DNA of 64,000 nucleotides, taken from assembly GCA_035906055.1 (NCBI GenBank), contig JAMIFV010000005.1:26996-90995 (forward strand), given 5' to 3'. Positions within the stretch are counted from its first letter, which is position 1. Every line of letters begins with the position of its first letter. The position numbers and the translations under genes are program-made. Shown piece after piece: positions 50,522 through 59,178 of this stretch. Origin of the DNA: Alphaproteobacteria bacterium. GTDB taxonomy: Bacteria > Pseudomonadota > Alphaproteobacteria > Rickettsiales > JABCZZ01. The notes below the pieces were generated by a model that was not told where the DNA came from, searched no databases, and saw only the letters and a program-made list of their open reading frames with translations.

Positions 50522-52501
50522 CTAATCTAAAGTTATCCACTCCATGAAATCCAGCCTTTTTTCGTAAATAGCCTTTAGGATATTTTTTATCTCGCTGGGC
50601 TTATTAGACAAATTGATTACCAGCGTATCAATAGCGCGTGTCAGCGGAATCATTGCCCATCGTGAAGCATAAGCAGCGGCCATGTCTTCGGGCGTGTCAA
50701 ACAGGTCGCCAGGAGTGACAGGAGCGTTTAGCTTTTGTTGGTACTTATATTGCCAGAAATCATCGAAGGCATAATTTAAGACTGTCCATCCTTCCAAGCC
50801 ACGGCATGAATCATACTGCACGATCCGCAGCGCCTCTCGTTCGTTTGGATACTGCTCTCGGGTTTCATAGGAGGCACCATCCCATACTTTACCGCCGTGC
50901 TTAAGAATGGTTTTGCCTGGCAGGGAGACGGCGTTGCCATCGCTACGCAGCACCAGGCTGGGGGGCACACAGGCCAACAAATCGACGGGATAGTTGCCGA
51001 GGGCTTTTGCCTCGGCGCTCAGGCGCTCATAAAGGCTGAAATCTTCGGTAAGATTCCCTTCAACGATGATAACCCTGCCGCCACCGGCCTCTACGTTGGG
51101 TTCAATATCCCAATCCTGAAATCCGAAACCGCTGGCCACATCCATCACGAAGTGGGCAAGGTTGACCTTCATCCGCAGGCACCTCTTTAAACGCCGCACG
51201 CTCAAATCCTGTCGATCAATGCCTGTTGTCCAATCCGCCACCGAATCCCTGACAAACTGATCGATGCCATCGGAAACAACGACATGCTCGGGATTATATA
51301 TCTTGCGCAGAATTTCTATTTCGTTGCGCGGCCAATCCTGGCCTTCATCAACAAAAATTAAATCCCATGCATATTCGTTTGCATGCTTTGCCTTTAAACT
51401 CTCGATGTCCTCTGGCGAAATGGCGCCGTTCCGCAAATAGTTGAGGAGCATTTCTTTGTTATCTTCGTAATGCTCAAGGAAATCGCTTTCCTCTTTAATA
51501 ATCCCCAGGTTGAGCATGATGCGTCGCATGAAGGCGTGCACGGTTTCGATGGCGATCCCACCGCTTTGCACGTTGCGCGGCACACCCAGCAGCGCCATGG
51601 TGCGGCGCATATCCGCTACCAGCGCCCGGTTAAAAGTCAGCATCATAGACCGCCGCTGTTCTTGATCGTAAACGCGATAGGCCATTTGCAGCAGCATGAC
51701 GGTTTTGCCTGCACCGCCGCGACCACGAAAAACAATCTGCTTTTGCCCCAATTCAGACATCCACGTTTCGGATATGGCGTTTCGGGCAATGCGATCCATC
51801 CTTTGCCGATCCAGCGAGGTCGGCTCCAGCGTTTGAAACAAAGGAAACTCGGGAGAAAGCAGCTTGGCAAAAACTTCATCAGCGCCGAAGTTAATGTAGG
51901 CATTCCGGTCTGTTTTGCGCGGTGAGGAAATTTGTCCCAGCACGTTCAGCCAGCGCTCGAAACTGGCATTCATGGCTATGCTGTTATGCGGCCTTTTAGG
52001 CAGATCGCTTTCTTTGAGGCCGGTAAAAAGAATGAGATTCTGGACGTAAAGCCCTCTGACGCCACTCCTATCCAAGAACCCCTTAAAATCGAACACCTGC
52101 CTGCGGTTTTTTTCCGTAACATCTTCCCAATATTCTTTTCCGTTTCGCTTATAACGCACGGATGCCAGGTGGCTTTCAAAACGCACGCCGGTCGCGTCAT
52201 GGGATTTAACTTCGATCAGCAGTGCAAAATTGCGGATATAAGCATTGCGCGGAACGAATTTACTGTCATCTACCGGATAAAATTCATATTCCACCGCAAA
52301 TGCGCGAGGCTCTCGGAAACTGCCTATGACGATCAGATCGAGGTCTTGAGTTTTGTAGCCATAGATTTTCAAGCCCACGACGATTTTGATCTGATCGTCC
52401 TTGTGCTGCGCGAGGTCAGGCCATAGTTGCATTAAAAGGTTGCGTACATGCAGTGCGGCTTCGTATTCAGGCCCTTCTTTTACCCCGAAAATATCGATCA
52501 T
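50522..52501 (-). CDS. NERD-domain nuclease fused to a UvrD-like SF1 helicase/ATPase (fifth gene of the Druantia-like operon)
   Basis: The N-terminal PD-(D/E)xK/NERD pattern is QDLDLIVIG...ALLIEVKSH (residues ~53-100). Walker A is FRGRGGAGKT (260-267) and Walker B is LIFVDEGQDW (381-390). The C-terminal UvrD_C-like region has DSCRGLEGWTV and IPLTRAIDTLVI. The ATG overlaps the druE stop (ATGA, 52498-52501). Confidence 0.8.
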   Translation of the reverse strand: MIDIFGVKEGPEYEAALHVRNLLMQLWPDLAQHKDDQIKIVVGLKIYGYKTQDLDLIVIGSFREPRAFAVEYEFYPVDDSKFVPRNAYIRNFALLIEVKSHDATGVRFESHLASVRYKRNGKEYWEDVTEKNRRQVFDFKGFLDRSGVRGLYVQNLILFTGLKESDLPKRPHNSIAMNASFERWLNVLGQISSPRKTDRNAYINFGADEVFAKLLSPEFPLFQTLEPTSLDRQRMDRIARNAISETWMSELGQKQIVFRGRGGAGKTVMLLQMAYRVYDQEQRRSMMLTFNRALVADMRRTMALLGVPRNVQSGGIAIETVHAFMRRIMLNLGIIKEESDFLEHYEDNKEMLLNYLRNGAISPEDIESLKAKHANEYAWDLIFVDEGQDWPRNEIEILRKIYNPEHVVVSDGIDQFVRDSVADWTTGIDRQDLSVRRLKRCLRMKVNLAHFVMDVASGFGFQDWDIEPNVEAGGGRVIIVEGNLTEDFSLYERLSAEAKALGNYPVDLLACVPPSLVLRSDGNAVSLPGKTILKHGGKVWDGASYETREQYPNEREALRIVQYDSCRGLEGWTVLNYAFDDFWQYKYQQKLNAPVTPGDLFDTPEDMAAAYASRWAMIPLTRAIDTLVINLSNKPSEIKNILKAIYEKRLDFMEWITLD

Positions 52502-55500
52502 GCGGCATCACTTTGCTGATTACCATAAACACGCTCCTGCACCATGCGGGTAGCTCTGGCAAGATTGCCACGCACAATCAGTTCGTTTATCGGAACAACT
52601 TCAATGTCGCGGGAATTGGCCTGAATCTCCCTGAGAGAAGGATTAGCAGGGTGACCATCGGTCAGCGGGCCGGAAAGGCCTACAGCGAAGCGTTTTCCAT
52701 CTTGCTTAGTGATCAGAATCGGAACGATTACTTCTCCAGCGCGCGGTATGGTTAAGCGGGCGTTAGGCTCGATCGTCCATTGTTCTACCTGCTGCCGCTG
52801 CAAATCGTGGCAAAGCAGCTCCGTGGAAGCTGCCAACCGGCGCTCATCGAAGGAAGGCAATTCGCCGGTCAGCAAATATTCCACCAGCGCAGCGCCGACA
52901 TGCCGATCCAGCAGGCTATGCTCGAACTTGTTCTTGAAACTGCGCAGACAGCGGTAACAGGATGCATCGCAATGTTCGGGGCATTCTTTCAGGATGCGCA
53001 ATGCTGCGCGGAGCAACGGTTCCGCATGGCCGGTTAACTGGCTGGAAAAGCCAGCGCCGCCCGGCAGGGTATCGTAGAGAAAGATTTCACTCTCCAGGCC
53101 ATTGCTGCCAGCGATGGTAAGTGCCGGCCGGAATTCTGCCATCAACTCTCCTGGTTCAATTTCTAGAATCTGACAGGCTGCCTTTGCCAGCGCTTCGCTG
53201 ACGGTGCGCAACGCCACGTTCGTCGGATCATAGCCTGGCCGGAGTTTCAAGGGTGCCGCCACGCGCATGGAAAACAAGGCGATGTCGGTAATGAAATCGG
53301 TGCCCAGCACGATCTTTTTAGAAATGCGGTCGCTGGCACACTGTTGATCATTATCGGCGGGATACGGCTTCTGATGCGCGCGCATTTGCGTCAGCAGCGG
53401 CGTGTGAATCGTGCTGGCTTCAATGCGTCCGCATTTTGTGCAGTACGAATATCCCTCCTGATCTGGCCCGGTGTTGGAAACGAGCAAGTGGGTGCGATTG
53501 GTCAGCACGCGCACGCGCTCACCTACAGGATGCCATCTTGCTTCATCGGAAGGCGTGGCCATGACCAGTTTTGCGCGGGTGGCGTAGCTGGTTTCTGGCA
53601 TATCATCCGGCGAGGTTACCTCTTCGGCATCGATAGGATGGGCAAAGCCAGGCGGCCGCAGCCAATAATGGCCGGGACCAAACGTGCCAGTCCCGCCGCA
53701 TGCTCTGCAATCCTGGGCGTCTCTACTGCCAATTTCATTCAGGCGGAATGTGCGCGCAAAGCCGCATTCGGTGCATTCAAAATAGTAGCGGCGATCTTGC
53801 CATGCAGTAAATAACTCTTCATGGATTTGCGCGTAAATTGCTCCGGACGTATAGCATTTACCGGCTATCCACACCTGTTTGCCGGGCGCATATTGCGTCA
53901 GGGCAATAGGAAGCCCTTGAGATGGGGCAAATCGCATGACGGTACGGAAACGGGTGGAATTATCCCGGTCGAAGACGCAGAAATTCGCTACGTCTGTTGG
54001 GAAAGCGTAGCGGGGCAGGATGCCTTTATAGAGCAACCAATCCAGCAGTTTGTCGCTTTCCGCTCCGACTCCCGACTGTTCGCCATCCTCTGCCGCCACT
54101 TCCTCTTCCACGGCAGTCGCAAGAGCCGCTACGGTGCCACCTTGGCCACGCAACGCATCATTCAGCGCTTGCATGCAATTTGAAACCAAGTTCTCCAGAA
54201 GTGCATCCCGCTCTTCGGCGTTCAGTTCTACCGGAATCCATGACGCAACACGCTGGCGCAACTGAGCCGAATTGGCATTAAGCCAACGCTCGAAATCGCT
54301 TCGATTCAAGATCGCGGTATCCGTGCAGAAATCAGCCACCGTTCCTAGAACTGAGAATAAATCCGGCTGTTCTTCGGGATCGATGTCCGGCAAGCGCTCC
54401 TGATGATAGCGCTGCAAGAGAAAGGCTTGAATGTGCCGCTTTACGATATCGGCATTATCCAGCGTAAGGCGCGGGTCGACCACCGGCCCGCAAATCATTT
54501 CATCCGAGGATTGGAAATAATGTTCGTCATGACTGTCTGCGCTACCAAAAGCAACAACGGTTGCCACTGCATTACCGCGGCGGCCAGCTCGTCCGGCGCG
54601 CTGCTGGTAATTTGCTCGGCCTGGCGGCATGTTGCGCAAGGCCACGCCCGAGAGCGCTCCGATATCGATACCCACTTCCATCGTCGTCGTACTCGAAAGC
54701 ACATCGATGGCCGTGGCGCGCCTTCCTATTGCTCCCCAGCTAAGTTCCACATCCTGAAACAGAAGTTCGTGCTGCTCGGCCTTGGAAAAAATATCCTCGT
54801 TCTGCGGGGCATTAAGCTGCGCGGTATGCTCGGCGGCGATCAGCGCCATGGGCGCGACTGGCGGATCTTCCAGGGCTTCCACGATTGGATGACGATAAAA
54901 TCCCTTACGCGCTTCAAACACAGGGTCAGCAACAGGATCGAGCGGTGCGACATTGGTGGCGCCGCAATCGATGCATATGTTATAGCCGGGGATCGGCCTA
55001 TGCACGGATTTGCATGCCTGGCACCGCACCCATTCTCCACCCAGCATCAGAGAGAGGTTTCTGCCCGCCAGCCGGGGAACTCCGGTGTCCATCGTTTCGG
55101 TAAATAATGTGAGGAGTTGTGGCAGCCATCTGTCCTTGAAGATTTTTCGGCTGTCTTTGCTTTGCAGCAGCCGATCCATCGCTTTGAAGTTGCCCTTGTG
55201 CCCCTTAACGCTGGTACCGCTCCTACGAGGGCGCTGCCACCAGTCGGTAGGCATATAACCCAGCCAGAAGCCTTTATCACGCCAGCAGCGCAGCCATACG
55301 CGCGCAAGGGCAACTTTGGCTTCGGGGGTTTCCGCGATGCCCGGTATATTGGGTAGTTGCTGGAGTGCCGGGGTTAACTGGCCGCGCTCCATGAACGATG
55401 CAATGGCCAGTGCCTCCAATCCTAAGAAGCGATCCAGCACCGTCTTCATTAAATCATCAAGGAGCGATACAGGCGGGCGCTCGTTGCGCATATCCATCCA

Positions 55501-58065
55501 CAGATCCATCAAGGCCTGATCGGAATCCAATGCACCATTTCTCACCGCGCTTTCCACTATTCCTTCCGCCCCAAAGTTTTCGTCAGGCCGCAGTTCCGGG
55601 CGGAGGCGCACGGAAAGCCGCTGTGAAGCCAATAAGGCAGCCAGATAAATATCTTCCAGGTTAAGCCGCTGTTGAAGTGGCGCGCATGCCTGTAGCCTGC
55701 GGAAGCCCCATGTCACCAGTGACCGCAGAGAATCGCGTACCGAATACATTTGTAAATTGGGAGCAAGGCGCGCGGCCACCTGCCGGGAATCCGAGAAAAC
55801 CAGCACCTTGCGTCCCCGCAATGGAGCGAACCGATTAGCGCCGACCGGACTCGGGGGTTGGATTTGGAGCTGGCGTGACACCAGCGCCTGAAATGGCTGA
55901 TCACCCTTCGTTTGATGATCCTGCACCGTCGATCTATTAAATTTCGCAGCTTGGCCGCAGACAGCGCATGGCACGAATTGGCCGAGAACATCCGTATTGG
56001 TGTTGTCTTCCTGTTCGTCATCATCCGTTGCAACAGGGGCGATGCGTTCCCGGCGAATATAAACCGTTCGCGTGCGTTCCCCAAGTTGCGGGGGATTTAA
56101 TCTTCCTGTCTCAAGGTCAAAGTCAGCGGGTTCCGCCACTCCCTCCTCCTGCGGCTCTTCCAGCAGAAGATCGAGCGGCAAATTCGGACTGATGGTGCCA
56201 TCCGGCATGCGCATCCATCGGCCGGATTCCGCCCATAGCGCATTCGGATTATCGATATTGTCCGTATAGGCGCGCGCGTGCGCTGTCCCGCAGCTACGAC
56301 AGGTATATAATTCCATGACGCATGCGCCGCAGTTGCAGCGATTGCGCGGCTGGCTATACATGCGCCCGCAAATGCCGCTGCGCTCGTCATCTTTCAGTTC
56401 GGTGCATGCGGGATCCATGCAAACCCACAGGCCAGGCAGCCCACGGAAGAAATTATGAATACGGCACGGCAGCAGCCCAGCACCCATGGGGTCTTCGCGG
56501 GCGACGCTTCCCAAGGCTAACAGCGAGGTAACTGCTTTATCGGCTGTCCTTTGGTTCGCGCCGGGGAAAAGTTCTGCTCCCAATTTGGAAATGGGATGAG
56601 CTTGTTTCATGGTAATATTAATCATTTTTTTAAGCGGCCCGTAGTCGGAGAGCGCATTAAATAAATCCCGATCTAGCCCATCTCCACCTTTGGTATCTCT
56701 GGCTTGGAGCAAAGGCTTTATCGATGCGAGGCGGGTTTTTTCATCGGGCGAATAAAACGCTTCCAGGTCAATGCCTGCCAATAATTCGGCATCCTTTGCA
56801 GAACCCGCCGAATCCTGCGGCTTTAGATCCAGCGTGCCGACGATGGGCACGAATGTTTCTGCGGGCACGCCTGCCAGTTGCCCGCCGAACTCCGGCGCAT
56901 AGTCAATATCCTGAAAGCTGGCGGTCGCGCATATAACTTGAAAGCGCTCCGGTGGGATTTCAAGCCGTTCCCGAAGGCGGCGGAGCAGCAGTCCCACCTC
57001 GGCACCAGCTGCGCCGCGGTAAAGATGTGCCTCGTCCAATACAACGAGAATCTTTTCCTTGGGATTCTGCGCAAGCCACTCGCGTGTTTGATTAAAGATC
57101 GGGCGCTCGATGGGGCGCATCAACATATATTCCAACATGGAATAGTTCGTGACAAGCAGATCAGGCGTCGCCTCTTGCACCTCATGGCGCGTCAGCAATT
57201 CCGAATCATCATTTAATGTTACCGCGCGGGCGAATTCACCCGTTTTGCGGTTCTTCCAGTTGGAACCCTTATCCCCATACCACGCGGCCAGGTCAGGCTT
57301 TGCAGGCCATTTCCCGCGTGATTTCAACTGATCCAGCAGATGTTTTGCCGTGGCATGCCCTTCGGACGAAGTGTCATCGGCCTGTTGCTGAATCTGGACA
57401 TAGAAATCATCAAAGGATTTTAATTTTACAGAGTCCTTTTTTGAGGTTCTCACGCCAGCATAGGGCGTCCGGCTGGTGTAGCGGGCGAAGCGCGGGGGTC
57501 TGCCCGCCCAGCCGTTGAATTTATCCACCAGGCGCTTATCCCCGAATAACGCGCGCAAGCGGCCAAGCTGGTCATTCACCAGCGCGTTCATTGGGTATAG
57601 CAGTAGCGCGCGCGTGGCAGGCTGTGCGAAGGCTTTGGGATTCGCGGCGGCTTCTCTCGCCAGTTTGCCGAGGATCGGCAGCAAGAACGATTCCGTCTTA
57701 CCCGAGCCGGTGCCGGTCATGATGATGAGGTTTTTTCCTTCCACCAGGCTTTGCCTGATGGATTCGTATTGGTGGCTGTAGGGCGGGTTATAGATAATTC
57801 TCGGCAGGCCATTCGAAGCGCTGGACAATGCTTCGTACACCTCGAGTGCAGCTGGCGGCAGACCTGGGATCTCATTAAAGCGCTTGCCGGCCGTATAGCG
57901 GGGTGTGGATTCCAGGTACGGTATCTGGAAAGTAACGCCTCTTTCCTCCAGCAATGCCCGGCGCTGATTGATCAGAATCGAATTACTGATGTGGTAAGTC
58001 GCCTCGATATAATCCGTGAGCGCGCCATGGAGTTCCGCGATGGTTTCTTGAATAGTTTTCGACAT
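52498..58065 (-). CDS. druE: DruE-like giant SF2 DEAH helicase with DUF1998-type Zn modules
   Basis: The 1855-aa protein has a Q-like motif PYSHQ and motif I MTGTGSGKTESF (res ~116-126). Motif II is VVLDEAHLY (res ~341-349), and motif VI is YQQRAGRAGRRG (res ~1153-1164). Cys clusters include CTECGF..CRACGG (~1426-1458), CTKCG and CPEHCDASCYRCLRSFKNKFEH (~1694-1715). An RBS ggggag lies upstream of the ATG. Confidence 0.8.
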   Translation of the reverse strand: MSKTIQETIAELHGALTDYIEATYHISNSILINQRRALLEERGVTFQIPYLESTPRYTAGKRFNEIPGLPPAALEVYEALSSASNGLPRIIYNPPYSHQYESIRQSLVEGKNLIIMTGTGSGKTESFLLPILGKLAREAAANPKAFAQPATRALLLYPMNALVNDQLGRLRALFGDKRLVDKFNGWAGRPPRFARYTSRTPYAGVRTSKKDSVKLKSFDDFYVQIQQQADDTSSEGHATAKHLLDQLKSRGKWPAKPDLAAWYGDKGSNWKNRKTGEFARAVTLNDDSELLTRHEVQEATPDLLVTNYSMLEYMLMRPIERPIFNQTREWLAQNPKEKILVVLDEAHLYRGAAGAEVGLLLRRLRERLEIPPERFQVICATASFQDIDYAPEFGGQLAGVPAETFVPIVGTLDLKPQDSAGSAKDAELLAGIDLEAFYSPDEKTRLASIKPLLQARDTKGGDGLDRDLFNALSDYGPLKKMINITMKQAHPISKLGAELFPGANQRTADKAVTSLLALGSVAREDPMGAGLLPCRIHNFFRGLPGLWVCMDPACTELKDDERSGICGRMYSQPRNRCNCGACVMELYTCRSCGTAHARAYTDNIDNPNALWAESGRWMRMPDGTISPNLPLDLLLEEPQEEGVAEPADFDLETGRLNPPQLGERTRTVYIRRERIAPVATDDDEQEDNTNTDVLGQFVPCAVCGQAAKFNRSTVQDHQTKGDQPFQALVSRQLQIQPPSPVGANRFAPLRGRKVLVFSDSRQVAARLAPNLQMYSVRDSLRSLVTWGFRRLQACAPLQQRLNLEDIYLAALLASQRLSVRLRPELRPDENFGAEGIVESAVRNGALDSDQALMDLWMDMRNERPPVSLLDDLMKTVLDRFLGLEALAIASFMERGQLTPALQQLPNIPGIAETPEAKVALARVWLRCWRDKGFWLGYMPTDWWQRPRRSGTSVKGHKGNFKAMDRLLQSKDSRKIFKDRWLPQLLTLFTETMDTGVPRLAGRNLSLMLGGEWVRCQACKSVHRPIPGYNICIDCGATNVAPLDPVADPVFEARKGFYRHPIVEALEDPPVAPMALIAAEHTAQLNAPQNEDIFSKAEQHELLFQDVELSWGAIGRRATAIDVLSSTTTMEVGIDIGALSGVALRNMPPGRANYQQRAGRAGRRGNAVATVVAFGSADSHDEHYFQSSDEMICGPVVDPRLTLDNADIVKRHIQAFLLQRYHQERLPDIDPEEQPDLFSVLGTVADFCTDTAILNRSDFERWLNANSAQLRQRVASWIPVELNAEERDALLENLVSNCMQALNDALRGQGGTVAALATAVEEEVAAEDGEQSGVGAESDKLLDWLLYKGILPRYAFPTDVANFCVFDRDNSTRFRTVMRFAPSQGLPIALTQYAPGKQVWIAGKCYTSGAIYAQIHEELFTAWQDRRYYFECTECGFARTFRLNEIGSRDAQDCRACGGTGTFGPGHYWLRPPGFAHPIDAEEVTSPDDMPETSYATRAKLVMATPSDEARWHPVGERVRVLTNRTHLLVSNTGPDQEGYSYCTKCGRIEASTIHTPLLTQMRAHQKPYPADNDQQCASDRISKKIVLGTDFITDIALFSMRVAAPLKLRPGYDPTNVALRTVSEALAKAACQILEIEPGELMAEFRPALTIAGSNGLESEIFLYDTLPGGAGFSSQLTGHAEPLLRAALRILKECPEHCDASCYRCLRSFKNKFEHSLLDRHVGAALVEYLLTGELPSFDERRLAASTELLCHDLQRQQVEQWTIEPNARLTIPRAGEVIVPILITKQDGKRFAVGLSGPLTDGHPANPSLREIQANSRDIEVVPINELIVRGNLARATRMVQERVYGNQQSDAA

Positions 58066-58080
58066 AAATTTCTCCCCGTA

Positions 58081-59178
58081 TTAATTCTCGCGGCTTAACC
58101 ACAGTTGTTCTTGTAGGAATCTCTCTTCCTCGATCGCTTCCTCCACCGGCACATGATAGGCAAAAAGACAATTAGGCTGTTCGACTTGACGACCAATAAT
58201 CGCAAGTTTTCGCTGCGCCCACATAGGTAACGGCATGAAGAACTCTAATAGCATTTCATCGCCGATTCTACGACTACGATAAGTCTGCCCCGATCCCCTG
58301 CAACGGTCTATGGCAAGCTGCAAGTGCCAAGCGACGTCGCATCCACGGAAACGGGCGTTTTTTAAGGGCAAATCCAGAAAACGGATCGGCTCACCATCGG
58401 CCAGTTCCACATATCCCCACAGGTCGGAGCCATACTCTTGCGGGCGTCGGGCAACGAATTTGCCAGTGTGTTTTTTTGGGACTGTCCAGCGCTTCCTATA
58501 AGATCGGGTGGATAAATCGGGATCCAGTATTTGAAGGTCTGCAATGCTGCCGCAAGGCGATTGCTGATCGAGCCTCTGCTGCATCTGCCGCAGAAATTCT
58601 TGCGCAGTTTCCCGTTTCGGAAGTTTGTGCCAGGCGCTCCATGAAATTTCCCGAAGCCCCAACTGCACTAGGGGCTTTTTTAGGTTTTCACCGCTTTCTG
58701 GCACTAAAAATCTGATAAACCCTGCATATTGAAGGCGGCTGCTAAGGGTTTCCGGCAAGGGCGACAACTCGTCACGCGCAATACCAAGAATGAAGATTTT
58801 CTCTCCCGATGGGTGAGCAACGAAAGCCGGAGGCGCAGCAAATACCCACGTTCCTTTTACATTGGAGTCCATGGTGGTGACGTTTTGCAGTTCCAAAATG
58901 TCGCCCACCACCGCCAGCATTTCCAGCACGGCATCGATACGTTCTCGGAGCGCATCTGCCGGAAGATTCTCGATGAGCTGGTTGAGGCTTTGGCACAGCG
59001 TTGCAGCCAGCAGCGTCGGGGAACAAGGGCATTGAAACCCTGCCTGGCGCCGGAGTGATGCCGCCAGAAAAATATCATCAAGGGATGAGGCTTCCTGCGC
59101 AAGCGCGGGCAGCCCAAAATAATCGCGGGAAGCGTTTATAAGCTGACTAGCACTGATTTCAGTAATGCTCATTCCCAT
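58081..59178 (-). CDS. Druantia-operon protein of unknown function (365 aa)
   Basis: ORF with two possible ATG starts (59178 or 59172), the latter forming ATGA with the upstream stop. No catalytic or binding motif recognised. Confidence 0.6.
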   Translation of the reverse strand: MGMSITEISASQLINASRDYFGLPALAQEASSLDDIFLAASLRRQAGFQCPCSPTLLAATLCQSLNQLIENLPADALRERIDAVLEMLAVVGDILELQNVTTMDSNVKGTWVFAAPPAFVAHPSGEKIFILGIARDELSPLPETLSSRLQYAGFIRFLVPESGENLKKPLVQLGLREISWSAWHKLPKRETAQEFLRQMQQRLDQQSPCGSIADLQILDPDLSTRSYRKRWTVPKKHTGKFVARRPQEYGSDLWGYVELADGEPIRFLDLPLKNARFRGCDVAWHLQLAIDRCRGSGQTYRSRRIGDEMLLEFFMPLPMWAQRKLAIIGRQVEQPNCLFAYHVPVEEAIEEERFLQEQLWLSREN

